Shown piece after piece: positions 48,463 through 57,950 of a stretch of 64,000 nt of DNA. Location: IMG/VR virus record IMGVR_UViG_3300008113_011532; one strand, 5' to 3'. The position numbers and the translations under genes are program-made. A model generated the notes under the pieces. The model made no database searches and was not told the DNA's origin. It saw only the letters and a program-made list of their open reading frames with translations. The stretch's first letter is position 1; every line of letters starts with the position of its first letter. Origin of the DNA: an uncultured virus (IMG/VR IMGVR_UViG_3300008113_011532) (lineage: Duplodnaviria > Heunggongvirae > Uroviricota > Caudoviricetes).

Positions 48463-50058
48463 ATGAACATGAAGAAATTTTTAGCAGTGACGGTATCTTT
48501 TTTGATAAGTATCCTTTCATTTTCACAAATTACGACCATTTACACCGAAGATTTTTCGAACGATTGGAAAAAGGGTGCCATAACTTATGGCGGCGTGACA
48601 CCAGCACAGCCAACCGATGCAAACTGGAGTTATACTAATGTCGGCTCACCCGACAACGACGGCGGCTCCGCATCATCGTGGAACGACATGTCATTCATCG
48701 ACGGGGCCGCAGTTATGTCGACAAACGGCGCGACAAGCAGTACGCTTGCATTCAGATGGAACGACGTCAACAACGGAAGCACGGCAAACAGGGTAGACTG
48801 GTATTCCAAATCGATGGCAGGAGCCTACACGACAATAACAGCATCATTATCTTATGCAATAGGTAACGGTAGCGGCGCTAACTCTGTTTGGGCATATTAT
48901 CAAATTGATGGTGGCGCATGGACTTTGTTCGGCTCTAGCGTCAATCAAAGCACGGCATCAGGGACATTCACGTCAGCATCATTATCGTGTTCGAGTTCAT
49001 TCAGGATAAAAGTTGAGGCGTTGACAAGAGACGCCAATTCCGCCTACGTACTGATAGACAATGTGCAAGTGACCGCTTGTCCAGTTGTGGTGCCATCGGT
49101 TTCTATCGTCACAAGTTCTAGCACCATATGCCTCGGAAATTCGGTGACATTCACCGCGACACCGACGAACGGTGGTGCCGCGCCAAGCTACCAATGGAGA
49201 TTGAATGGCGCAAACGTTGGAACGAATTCGAGTACATATACTAACTCCGGGTTGGCAAACAACGACGTCGTTTCGTGTGTCCTTACATCAAATGCCGATT
49301 GTGCTAGCCCAACCATCGCGACAAGCAACTCGGTCACGACGCAAGTAGACCAACCATCGGCCGGCGGAACGGCCGCCAGCGACCAGACGGTCTACTCGGG
49401 ACAGAACCCGGCCGACGTCTCGGTATCGGGCACAACAGGCTCGGTCACGAAATGGCAGAGCTCCCTCGACAACCTGTTCACCACGTACTCCGACATCGCG
49501 GTGTCGAACTCTACGCTACTCGGGACGCAGATAGGCGTACTGACGCAGACAACCTACCTCAGGGCAGTGGTACAGAACGGCACTTGCCCAAGCGCGAACT
49601 CGGCCTACCTCACGCTGACCGTGGCACAGCCGCTGCCAATCGAGCTACTGTACCTAAAGGGCAAGGCGGTCGAAAAAGGAAACCTGATCGAATGGGCCAC
49701 GGCGACGGAGCAGAACAACGACTACTTCACTCTGCTCTGGTCCGACAACGGCCACAACTTCGCGGCAATAACCAGGATCCCAGGCGCAGGAAACTCTGTC
49801 AGGACACTTGAGTACCAGTACGTCGACGAGACGCCAAGCAAGGGAGTGAACTACTACAAGCTCAGGCAGACAGACTACGACGGGAAATTCGAGGACAGCG
49901 AGATAATCTCAGTATTCTCGGACAAAGACTCGACACCGACAATCGTTGACTGCAGGAACGTGCTAGGCCAGAAGGTCAGCCCTGACGAGACAGGCGTCGT
50001 CATACTCACACTAAGCAAGGGAAATACCGTCTACGTAGTCAAAAAGGTCAACTATTAA
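48463..50058 (+). CDS. Secreted beta-sandwich protein resembling Bacteroidota T9SS cargo
   Basis: Signal peptide ending FS-Q; PSYQWRLNG Ig-like unit; PLPIELL...WATATEQNNDYF...GAGNS...YYKLRQTDYDGK; NVLGQKV tail. Confidence 0.85.
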   Translation: MNMKKFLAVTVSFLISILSFSQITTIYTEDFSNDWKKGAITYGGVTPAQPTDANWSYTNVGSPDNDGGSASSWNDMSFIDGAAVMSTNGATSSTLAFRWNDVNNGSTANRVDWYSKSMAGAYTTITASLSYAIGNGSGANSVWAYYQIDGGAWTLFGSSVNQSTASGTFTSASLSCSSSFRIKVEALTRDANSAYVLIDNVQVTACPVVVPSVSIVTSSSTICLGNSVTFTATPTNGGAAPSYQWRLNGANVGTNSSTYTNSGLANNDVVSCVLTSNADCASPTIATSNSVTTQVDQPSAGGTAASDQTVYSGQNPADVSVSGTTGSVTKWQSSLDNLFTTYSDIAVSNSTLLGTQIGVLTQTTYLRAVVQNGTCPSANSAYLTLTVAQPLPIELLYLKGKAVEKGNLIEWATATEQNNDYFTLLWSDNGHNFAAITRIPGAGNSVRTLEYQYVDETPSKGVNYYKLRQTDYDGKFEDSEIISVFSDKDSTPTIVDCRNVLGQKVSPDETGVVILTLSKGNTVYVVKKVNY

Positions 50059-50072
50059 CCGTACATTGCGAT

Positions 50073-50258
50073 ATGACGGTAGAGGTATACACATCGGAGG
50101 AATGGGAATCGATCAGCGCGGTCGTAAAAGGCGAGTACGAACACCTCGAGAAGGACGCGGTCCTGCTCAGGACAATCGAAGGCGAGGACTGGAACGACTG
50201 CATGAGGCAGCACCACGAGCTTATGGGCTGGGAGCCCTACAAGCCCTGGACCGATTAG
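50073..50258 (+). CDS. Hypothetical protein
   Basis: 61 aa, MGWEPYKP. Confidence 0.7.
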   Translation: MTVEVYTSEEWESISAVVKGEYEHLEKDAVLLRTIEGEDWNDCMRQHHELMGWEPYKPWTD

Positions 50259-50290
50259 GATAACCGGGTTTTTCTCCTTATATTAGCCTT

Positions 50291-50698
50291 ATGGAACTTA
50301 AGGAACTCGCAAGGAGAATAGAATACGTGAACATCAGGGTTAAGAACATCAACCTCGGAGGCTGCGGCATATTCGCGCTCGAGCTCTACCGAATAATGAG
50401 GTTCGAGTTCGGGATGGAGACCGAAATCGTCTTCACCGGCTGGAGAGCCGGAAGGTCAATCGACTTCGAGCACATCATGCTAAGATACAAAGACACCTGG
50501 ATAGACAGCAGGGGACTACACAACGACGGCCCTACCAAGACCATGGACGTACACGAGCTGACCGAACTGGTCGAGGACAAAAGACGCTGGAACCACGCGT
50601 TCCACTTCTACTTCGAGAACCCTTACGGTGTCGTTACAAGCAACGCAAACCACCTGGTAAGGCAGATGAGGAACTACATCAGCGACAGGGTAAACTGA
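50291..50698 (+). CDS. Hypothetical protein with possible Cys-His-Asp (papain/transglutaminase-like) triad
   Basis: GGCGIFA...EHIML...WIDSRG. Confidence 0.6.
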   Translation: MELKELARRIEYVNIRVKNINLGGCGIFALELYRIMRFEFGMETEIVFTGWRAGRSIDFEHIMLRYKDTWIDSRGLHNDGPTKTMDVHELTELVEDKRRWNHAFHFYFENPYGVVTSNANHLVRQMRNYISDRVN

Positions 50699-50703
50699 AC
50701 ATT

Positions 50704-51063
50704 ATGGACTCGAAACAAAGAATAGAAAGATGGGACTGCGTGGCGGTCGTATGCACGGCACCTTTCGAGGGCCTTCAAAAAGGATACACATACAGGGTAA
50801 ACGGATCCGGCTGGCTCGACAACAACTCGGCCACCGAAAAGAAGGGCTGGGGAGTATGCCTGGAGGACGAATGGGTGGGCCTGATTGACGAAGACGGCAA
50901 ATTCATAAAAGGTGGCTGGAAGAAGATGAGAAACAAGCCTTACTCCGAAAGGGTGAGATGGGTCTACGCGACTCTGCAAGAGCTAGAAGAGCACTTCATA
51001 ACAGACCAAGAGAACTACGAGATACACGTGAGAGACGAAAGGCTAAAATCGCTGGGCATATGA
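50704..51063 (+). CDS. C-tagged hypothetical protein
   Basis: LQKGYTYRV; ends VRDERLKSLGI. Confidence 0.8.
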   Translation: MDSKQRIERWDCVAVVCTAPFEGLQKGYTYRVNGSGWLDNNSATEKKGWGVCLEDEWVGLIDEDGKFIKGGWKKMRNKPYSERVRWVYATLQELEEHFITDQENYEIHVRDERLKSLGI

Positions 51064-51323
51064 AAGTGGTCTGCGCGAACCTGGGAGAGGATTTGGGATA
51101 CGAAACCCACAACGAGGCGATTACAATCGGAAAGACGTACCATGTCCATTCACAATGGCAGACATACGATTTAATTCGTTTGAAGGATGGACGTGCAACC
51201 GTAGAGAACGTCATATTGTATTCGATAATCAACGACGAAGGCAAAAGCGTAAAATACAACAAGAGGCTCTTCGTTAACCGCGATGAATGGAGGAATAAAA
51301 GAATAAACGAGCTAGGAATATGA
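51060..51323 (+). CDS. C-tagged small protein (LTxGKxY family)
   Basis: MKVVC...ITIGKTYHV...IINDEG...WRNKRINELGI. Confidence 0.8.
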   Translation: MKVVCANLGEDLGYETHNEAITIGKTYHVHSQWQTYDLIRLKDGRATVENVILYSIINDEGKSVKYNKRLFVNRDEWRNKRINELGI

Positions 51324-51574
51324 GAGTGATGTGCATAAAGAACGAGGACGTAATGCGCATCTTCGGCACCCTTCCGCTCACACCAGGAAAGGTGTAAGAG
51401 GTAATCGCCTTTATGGAAATACCGTTCTCCGCGAACAGACCACTCGACTCCAGAGACACCGTTTACACCGTGATCAACGACGAGGGCGAGGCGAGAATCT
51501 ACTCTGCCGACATACTCAGAAGGCTCAGCAAGCAAGAGGAAAGAGAGCTAAGGCTTAAAAAGATAGGGATATAA
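51320..51574 (+). pseudogene. C-tagged LTxGKxY family gene with in-frame TAA at 51395-51397
   Basis: MRVMC...LTPGKV*EV...VINDEG...ERELRLKKIGI*; the stop replaces the conserved Tyr. Confidence 0.8.
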
Positions 51575-51607
51575 TCACTATATTTAGAACAACCAAAACC
51601 AAACGAC

Positions 51608-52039
51608 ATGAAGATTGACGGACAAAGACTACTATCGTCGCAAGACGCGCACCCGCTGAAGATGCAGACATGGATTGTCTCATTCTCGACAGACGAGGCA
51701 GAGGACCAAGCAGACGTGTTCGGCGTCAGGCTAGCGGACATACCGAAAAGGCCAAACGCAATAAAAGGCGAGCCGGATCTCGTCTCGTGCAAGATCACCT
51801 TCATACTCGATATGAAAAAAGAAGCGATAACGTTCGAGAGGCTACAGTTCGGATGCGACGTATACGGCGAGAACCCGGTCGCGGAGGCGGACGATGAGAA
51901 GATAGGCCAATGGCTACCGATGAAGAAGATAGCGTTCAGGAAATACGAGATAAACGAGGAGCTGGTCGAGGGCACATACCCGAGGAACGCCATCGTCGAC
52001 GCGCTCAAGCAGACAATGTTCAAATCTGGCAGACTATGA
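51608..52039 (+). CDS. Hypothetical protein
   Basis: 143-aa ORF. Confidence 0.75.
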   Translation: MKIDGQRLLSSQDAHPLKMQTWIVSFSTDEAEDQADVFGVRLADIPKRPNAIKGEPDLVSCKITFILDMKKEAITFERLQFGCDVYGENPVAEADDEKIGQWLPMKKIAFRKYEINEELVEGTYPRNAIVDALKQTMFKSGRL

Positions 52040-52413
52040 GATACAACGACAGGAACTTCTCAAAGTTCCAGGAAAGGCAGAGGAACGGAGACGAACTGGA
52101 AAACTGGTTAAGAGTAAGCGAGAGAAAGATACGAAGGGAAAGAGACCACAGGCACGCCACCTTCTACATGCAGTGCCTCACCAAATTCTTCGAGAAGGAA
52201 TGGTGGCTGGCGCTCGAGACGAGGGACAAAGAGCAAGTGTACACATCTTACTACAACCAGGAGGAGATGCGGAAGGAGGAAGACGATGCACATATGTGGT
52301 CAAACTTCGAGTGGTTCGACACATGGGACGAGTGGAGGCAGCACATCCTCGACACGGTAAAGCCAAACAAGGCAAAGCTAAGAGAGCTCAGGGTCAAGAA
52401 GCTGGGACTTTAA
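52036..52413 (+). CDS. C-tagged hypothetical protein
   Basis: Ends LRELRVKKLGL. Confidence 0.8.
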   Translation: MRYNDRNFSKFQERQRNGDELENWLRVSERKIRRERDHRHATFYMQCLTKFFEKEWWLALETRDKEQVYTSYYNQEEMRKEEDDAHMWSNFEWFDTWDEWRQHILDTVKPNKAKLRELRVKKLGL

Positions 52414-52443
52414 ACTTCGTTCGAAACCTGCCGTATAAAAAGC

Positions 52444-53178
52444 ATGAACACAGAAGACAAACTCAAGGCGATCTGTAACTATAGTCACAAAGATATGGCT
52501 ACACCGTCAGCGCAGATGATAAGTTACATAGACTTCGAGACATACGACACACAGAAGAAGAAACAAGCCAAGCGAAACCTGCTCATAAACGAGCTACTGG
52601 ACATCGAGGAGGAGAGTAACTACTCCGATTCAGAAATAAATCTGGACTCGAAGTATGATGTTACTGCACCGAAGGTGATGCAAACAGCCGTACAAGGTAA
52701 CAGACACACATCAGTAGACTACGGAAAGGATCTACTACTCAATGACGTAATAACAAAGTTGGTCACGGACACCACAACGCCGGACCCGATGTTACCGAAA
52801 CTCACGCTTAGCACCGACGACACAAAGCCACACTTCGAGAACATGCAGACTATGGCTAGACGGATTATTACACGAATAATGCACGCCAACAACAAGATTG
52901 CAATAGAAGGAAGAATAGGTCCAGGTAATGCAATACTACTATCACCAAAGACCGAATTCGATTTACAAAATGTGGACATCGACCAGTATATGACCGGATT
53001 TACGATAACCAGAGTAGTAGACCAAAGGATACCAGACGGAAGGATAATAGTTTGCCGTGGCGGAAATCCGACAGATGCAGGCCTTATAGCTATGACAACA
53101 CAGACTTACTCATATATGCACGCAACAGACAAATACCTGTCACAGTATGCTTGGTTCGAAATAGATTTACAATACTGA
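52444..53178 (+). CDS. Hypothetical protein with internal tag-like helix
   Basis: KRNLLINELLD; NKIAIEGRIGPGN. Confidence 0.75.
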   Translation: MNTEDKLKAICNYSHKDMATPSAQMISYIDFETYDTQKKKQAKRNLLINELLDIEEESNYSDSEINLDSKYDVTAPKVMQTAVQGNRHTSVDYGKDLLLNDVITKLVTDTTTPDPMLPKLTLSTDDTKPHFENMQTMARRIITRIMHANNKIAIEGRIGPGNAILLSPKTEFDLQNVDIDQYMTGFTITRVVDQRIPDGRIIVCRGGNPTDAGLIAMTTQTYSYMHATDKYLSQYAWFEIDLQY

Positions 53179-53201
53179 CAAACAAATAAACAAAATATTA
53201 G

Positions 53202-54071
53202 ATGGAACAAAGTAGACCAATCAACGTACTTTCACTATTCGACGGAATGTCGTGTGGACAGATTGCAATCAACAAACTCGGAATAAAATACGACAACTAC
53301 TTCGCGTCAGAGATTGACAAATGGGCAATGCAGATAACGAAGAAGAACTACCCGAACACGATCCACATCGGAGACGTAAGGGACGTCAAAGGAGAAGACC
53401 TTCCCCAGATAGACCTTCTGATTGGTGGAAGTCCGTGTCAATCTTTCTCGAACGCCGGTAACGGAAAAGGATTCGAGGGTAAGAGTGGAATCTTCTGGGA
53501 GTACGTCAGGCTGCTCAAAGAGGTCAAGCCTAAGTACTTCATGCTCGAGAACGTCAGGATGAAGAAGGAGTGGCAGGACGTCATCACGGAGGCGCTCGGC
53601 GTCGAGCCCATCATGATAAACTCTAGCCTCGTGAGCGCGCAGAACCGCCCGAGGTTCTACTGGACCAACATACCGGGCATAACGCAGCCTGAGGACAAAG
53701 GGCTCGTTACGCGCGACGTTCTCGAGAAGGACGAGGACGTAGACCCGGCTTACCAGCTCACGCCAACGGCGTACGCGTACATGGACCGCGAGAGGAACGG
53801 CAAGTCGAGGTGGAACTACCACAAGAACCCGCTCGACGGAAAGGCGGCGTGCGTCGTCGCAGGATACGCAAAGATGGCGGGCTTCGCTGTACTCGACTAC
53901 AGAAACCTCGGAAAGCCGTGCAGAAGACTGACGCCGAGGGAATGCGAGAGACTTCAGACCGTGCCAGACGACTACACGGAAGGCGTGTCAAAGACGCAAC
54001 GCTATTTGATGATCGGCAACGGATGGACCGTCGACGTCATCGCGCACATTCTATCACATATGGAACTATGA
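53202..54071 (+). CDS. Orphan DNA (cytosine-5)-methyltransferase
   Basis: LSLFDGMSCG, GGSPCQ, MLENV, SAQNRPRFYW, ECERLQT, GNGWTV. Confidence 0.93.
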   Translation: MEQSRPINVLSLFDGMSCGQIAINKLGIKYDNYFASEIDKWAMQITKKNYPNTIHIGDVRDVKGEDLPQIDLLIGGSPCQSFSNAGNGKGFEGKSGIFWEYVRLLKEVKPKYFMLENVRMKKEWQDVITEALGVEPIMINSSLVSAQNRPRFYWTNIPGITQPEDKGLVTRDVLEKDEDVDPAYQLTPTAYAYMDRERNGKSRWNYHKNPLDGKAACVVAGYAKMAGFAVLDYRNLGKPCRRLTPRECERLQTVPDDYTEGVSKTQRYLMIGNGWTVDVIAHILSHMEL

Positions 54072-54244
54072 CAGAAGACGACGAAAACATGAGAGAGGCC
54101 GAGAAGTGGTTCGAAGACTATATGGAACTCGCGGGCCACACAAACCCTACGATAAGAGACGCCTTCATAACCGGTTGGAACCAACACAGAGCGAAGTGCA
54201 AGAACCTTTACTCGATGGAGGATATAAAGAATATAATAAACTAA
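54068..54244 (+). CDS. Hypothetical protein
   Basis: 58 aa, ATGA-coupled, AFITGW. Confidence 0.65.
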   Translation: MTEDDENMREAEKWFEDYMELAGHTNPTIRDAFITGWNQHRAKCKNLYSMEDIKNIIN

Positions 54245-54254
54245 AAAGAACAAC

Positions 54255-54794
54255 ATGGCAAATTACTGTTCATTCAGCACAGACATCAGCGGCGCGCCAG
54301 AAAAGCTGGCAGAGCTCTACAAAAGACTAGGCGAAGACGGAAGGATCGGATACGACGACTACAACAAGATCTTCGACGAGGCCGCACCTGAGGGATTCGA
54401 GTGGGGAACCAAATGGGTCGAGTACAGCGTAAGCTACGACGAAGGCCACGATTGGATGTCAATCACCGGAGACACGGCATGGTATCCGGCGTCAGGACTT
54501 TGGCAGAGGATATCCGAGAAGTACGAAACATCGGTCGAAACTACTTACTCCGAGCCTGGAGGAGACTTCGCTGGTAGAGACGAGTGGGAAAACGGCGAGA
54601 AGACGTTCAGCGAGGAGACAACCTACAACGAGCACCTCTACTACAACGACAACGAGTACTTCTGGGACAACATCACCAACGACTGCGCAGACCTAGAGCT
54701 TGACGAGGTGATTGACGGTCTCGGCGAGCTCTACGAAAAGATGAGCGACAACGAGAAGCAAAGACTCGCAGAGATACACGAAAGAGAGAACTAG
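54255..54794 (+). CDS. YubB/DUF1281-like ferredoxin-fold protein
   Basis: MANYC, WGTKW, DTAWYP, YSEPGGDFAG. Confidence 0.75.
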   Translation: MANYCSFSTDISGAPEKLAELYKRLGEDGRIGYDDYNKIFDEAAPEGFEWGTKWVEYSVSYDEGHDWMSITGDTAWYPASGLWQRISEKYETSVETTYSEPGGDFAGRDEWENGEKTFSEETTYNEHLYYNDNEYFWDNITNDCADLELDEVIDGLGELYEKMSDNEKQRLAEIHEREN

Positions 54795-54823
54795 AAAAGG
54801 CAGTCGAAAGACTGCCTTTTTTT
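54795..54823 (+). terminator. Intrinsic terminator
   Basis: AAAAGGCAGTC-GAAA-GACTGCCTTTTTTT. Confidence 0.85.
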
Positions 54824-54896
54824 GTTCAACTGAACTGAGTGTTCATTGTCACTGAACGCCTTCGTAAACTGAACGCGAGGAGTTAATATATAAGTG

Positions 54897-55514
54897 ATGA
54901 GATACGTATTGACCTTCGAGAAGTTCGACAAAGTCGCCTTCCACGGATACCAGATGACGCCGCAGGACATGCGCCTGCCCGACTGCGAAGTGGAATGGAA
55001 AGGGCCCGACCAAGAGACCGGGTGTCCGATGTTCTCGAACGAGAAGAGGATAACACAGGAGGATCTCGAGAAGGCAATCACTTTCCTTAACGAGGAAGAC
55101 GTAAGGACAATCATAGGATACTCAAGAGGCGGCGCGATACTTCTGAGCGCACTCGCCAGCGGCGCGAGGATACCAGAAGAGATTTATCTCGTAGCACCGG
55201 CGTGGGCAAGGCAGTGGGCCGACATAAAGCCGATGCCTATAAGAAAGAAGGGCTGCATAATACACGGCGGGCTTGACGACAAGGTTCCGTTGAGGCACTC
55301 CGCCATCCTGGCCAAGTCGACAGGGCTGCCGCTGTACGTATTTCCTGACCGCAACCACGTCAACATACTCAAGCACAAAGACGACACGACCGGCGGAATA
55401 ATGGTGAACCACCTAGACGAGGCAATCTCTAGCCTTCCCGACTGGGGCAAGTCCGACACCGGAAGCAAGGAGCAGATCAAGCAGCAACGAGACTGGTGCT
55501 CGCGGCTGGGCTAG
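54897..55514 (+). CDS. N-tagged alpha/beta hydrolase
   Basis: MRYVLTFEKF; FHGY, GYSRGG, IHGGLDDKVP, RNH. Confidence 0.85.
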   Translation: MRYVLTFEKFDKVAFHGYQMTPQDMRLPDCEVEWKGPDQETGCPMFSNEKRITQEDLEKAITFLNEEDVRTIIGYSRGGAILLSALASGARIPEEIYLVAPAWARQWADIKPMPIRKKGCIIHGGLDDKVPLRHSAILAKSTGLPLYVFPDRNHVNILKHKDDTTGGIMVNHLDEAISSLPDWGKSDTGSKEQIKQQRDWCSRLG

Positions 55515-55560
55515 ATCCCGAGCTCTTCCAGCTTGCCTTTCCTGTTCATGGACTTTGTCT

Positions 55561-55806
55561 TCAGTTATTCATTTCAGATTCTATTGTGTTTGCCCCACCA
55601 TGAGAATAACAAGCCAATGTTTCTTCACGTTCAAAATCCTTTGCAGTTACTTGCTCACATTCTTCTAATGATTTGCAAAGTTTTGAATCTCCATTAATAG
55701 TAACTACAAACCCTCTTTTAGTTTGTGTTCCATTTGAGTTTAAAAACATCATGCCAGCCCCAAGTTGCTTAGAGTTGTATTCTTTTACTGTTTGGATAGT
55801 TTTCAT
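55561..55806 (-). CDS. AT-rich hypothetical protein
   Basis: MKTIQTVKEY...; TATATTCG upstream on the minus strand. Confidence 0.65.
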   Translation of the reverse strand: MKTIQTVKEYNSKQLGAGMMFLNSNGTQTKRGFVVTINGDSKLCKSLEECEQVTAKDFEREETLACYSHGGANTIESEMNN

Positions 55807-55878
55807 AACCTTTATTTTTGTTTTTTTTCGACGAATATAACAAAAATACCGCAGAAACATATAAAGAACAAAGCTAAT

Positions 55879-56112
55879 ATGGCAAAAAACATGGCGAACA
55901 CCTTCATTCCACCCGGACAGGCAACCATTGGTAATATCCAACCCGACGCGATAGTAGCCAACGGCAAGTGCGTCCTCGGAAACCTCGTGCTCCACGACAG
56001 GAAGACCGGCAAGGAGTGGGAGATATTCATAGAGGACGGCGTCATCTACGCCGAGCCATGGGACAAGGAAGAGCGCCGCGACCACCGCATCGGTAAAGTG
56101 CTTGGTGAATAG
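55879..56112 (+). CDS. C-tagged hypothetical protein
   Basis: Ends RRDHRIGKVLGE. Confidence 0.7.
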   Translation: MAKNMANTFIPPGQATIGNIQPDAIVANGKCVLGNLVLHDRKTGKEWEIFIEDGVIYAEPWDKEERRDHRIGKVLGE

Positions 56113-56148
56113 GATTTCTTTCGCTACCTTCGTAGAAAATATACTATT

Positions 56149-56622
56149 ATGAACGACGTCGAAGAAATCTACCAGTGCCTTCTCGAGAAGACATACCAGG
56201 ACGCTATCCAGCTTGACATACTAATATCGAAAGTCTCCGACAGAGACCTCATACTCGGCTTCTTGGTCGACCTGGCGATCAGGCACGAGGAGTACGAGTC
56301 GGACGAGGAGACAATAAAAGCCGCGATCGCGAACCTCACCGACAGCGACGGATTGGATCCCGTCTACGCCACCGAGTGCCACACGAGGTACATAGATCTT
56401 CTAAAGACGAAGAACGAGGAGAGCTTGGAGATAAACAAATTCTCAATCGACACGCTATTCCTACTACTCGCGGAGGACACAGAAGGATACGAGACGACCG
56501 TCAACGCCTGCAACAACACCAAGGCACTTGATAAGCTCAAGGAGCAGCTGCTGGACGCCGAGGTCTACGAGAACATCGCGATAATCGACAAAAGAATAAA
56601 AGAGATAGAAGATGGACGATAA
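56149..56622 (+). CDS. Hypothetical protein with UVR-like C-terminus
   Basis: LKEQLLDAEVYENIAIIDKRIKEIE. Confidence 0.7.
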   Translation: MNDVEEIYQCLLEKTYQDAIQLDILISKVSDRDLILGFLVDLAIRHEEYESDEETIKAAIANLTDSDGLDPVYATECHTRYIDLLKTKNEESLEINKFSIDTLFLLLAEDTEGYETTVNACNNTKALDKLKEQLLDAEVYENIAIIDKRIKEIEDGR

Positions 56623-56818
56623 GAAGTTCAGGCAGGCGCTAGACGAGATATCGGCGGGCCTGCTCACCGTAAAGTACACAGGCGACGCGTCGGACATCGG
56701 CAACGAGTTCGGCATACTAATCGGAAAGTTCCTCGACGGCGAGATGGGCTGGGACAAAGACGCGGTCATATCCGGCGTCAAGCACGGCATCTCACTAACC
56801 GACGGTACTCATGGATAG
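56612..56818 (+). CDS. Hypothetical protein
   Basis: GDASDIGNEFG...GVKHGISLTDGTHG. Confidence 0.7.
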   Translation: MDDKKFRQALDEISAGLLTVKYTGDASDIGNEFGILIGKFLDGEMGWDKDAVISGVKHGISLTDGTHG

Positions 56819-57092
56819 CCTTCAGAAGGAGGCGCTGATGCGCAGCGCACAACAGATAATCGACGAGAATACAGCATTCGGTGGCAGCATCGTGACCGAC
56901 GCCACGCCACAAGGGAATCACGAAAAGGCTTTCGACAAAATGGGAAAGACCGACATAGTATGGGCGAACGTCTGGATCAATAACGAGGCACAACCCCACG
57001 ATTATGCCATAACCGGCTGGAGATACCTGAAGAACCTGAACGAATTGATTAAAGAGCACCGCGAGGAAAGAATGAAAGAGCTAGGGATATGA
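56811..57092 (+). CDS. C-tagged hypothetical protein
   Basis: Ends HREERMKELGI. Confidence 0.8.
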   Translation: MDSLQKEALMRSAQQIIDENTAFGGSIVTDATPQGNHEKAFDKMGKTDIVWANVWINNEAQPHDYAITGWRYLKNLNELIKEHREERMKELGI

Positions 57093-57430
57093 TGGAAATC
57101 ATGGAAGTACTTAAAGTAAAGTTTTTAAAGCCTGGTGATTATATATCAACTGCCGGCGAAGAAATTATAGAGCGAGATATTGATTTTGAATATTTATTGA
57201 AAATAATCAGTGATATAGAAACTCAAAAAGCTGGCTTTGGCAAAAGCCTACACAAGGAAGCTTTTACAGGAGTAGACTATCTTGGCAATTTAGTTAAGTT
57301 TTCTTCTTATGTTATTTGGACAGATAATAATAAAATCTATAAGTATAACTTTGATGAAAATTGGATGCCCTTTGATGATGAGTTACTAAGAAGAAATAGA
57401 GAAGAACGGCTTAAAGTGCTAGGGATATGA
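57089..57430 (+). CDS. C-tagged AT-rich hypothetical protein
   Basis: Ends NREERLKVLGI. Confidence 0.8.
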   Translation: MMEIMEVLKVKFLKPGDYISTAGEEIIERDIDFEYLLKIISDIETQKAGFGKSLHKEAFTGVDYLGNLVKFSSYVIWTDNNKIYKYNFDENWMPFDDELLRRNREERLKVLGI

Positions 57431-57666
57431 ACGAGACGATGATATCGAAGCACGACATGATTGACGTCGACGGGGTCTGGCTGCTTAAGGCCGGAAGGAC
57501 ATACGAGACATCGGACTGCCCGACAACACACACACCCAACCTTGAGATAGGACCAAAACTCGTCATCGTCACCTGCGAGGACGGCAAAGACAGGATACGA
57601 CAAAAATCGGACTTCAAGCACATTTACGAGCACAGAGAAGAAAGGCTTAAGGAGATTGGAATATGA
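57427..57666 (+). CDS. C-tagged small protein (LTxGKxY-like)
   Basis: LKAGRTYET; ends HREERLKEIGI. Confidence 0.8.
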   Translation: MNETMISKHDMIDVDGVWLLKAGRTYETSDCPTTHTPNLEIGPKLVIVTCEDGKDRIRQKSDFKHIYEHREERLKEIGI

Positions 57667-57950
57667 TTAAAAAGAGGGAACAAGGTTCGTATTATCATAG
57701 TCTGATGACAAAAGATATGCAAGAGGAATGGCTACAGGAATTCAATAGGTCATATCATGTGAAACAGGGAACAAGTTTAGAAACATTTTTTACTTGGTGG
57801 CGTCATGACTTCCAAGATTTCATTTCGGGCTCGTTTAACTGGAATGAGAAGAAGAGAGGAATCGAATGGTGGGAAGACTATGCCAATACCGACGAATCTA
57901 CAATATTGGCATGGAAGAGAGATGAAACGTTAAAAAATCTCGGAATATGA
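57663..57950 (+). CDS. C-tagged AT-rich hypothetical protein
   Basis: ISGSFNW...GIEWW; ends KRDETLKNLGI. Confidence 0.8.
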   Translation: MIKKREQGSYYHSLMTKDMQEEWLQEFNRSYHVKQGTSLETFFTWWRHDFQDFISGSFNWNEKKRGIEWWEDYANTDESTILAWKRDETLKNLGI

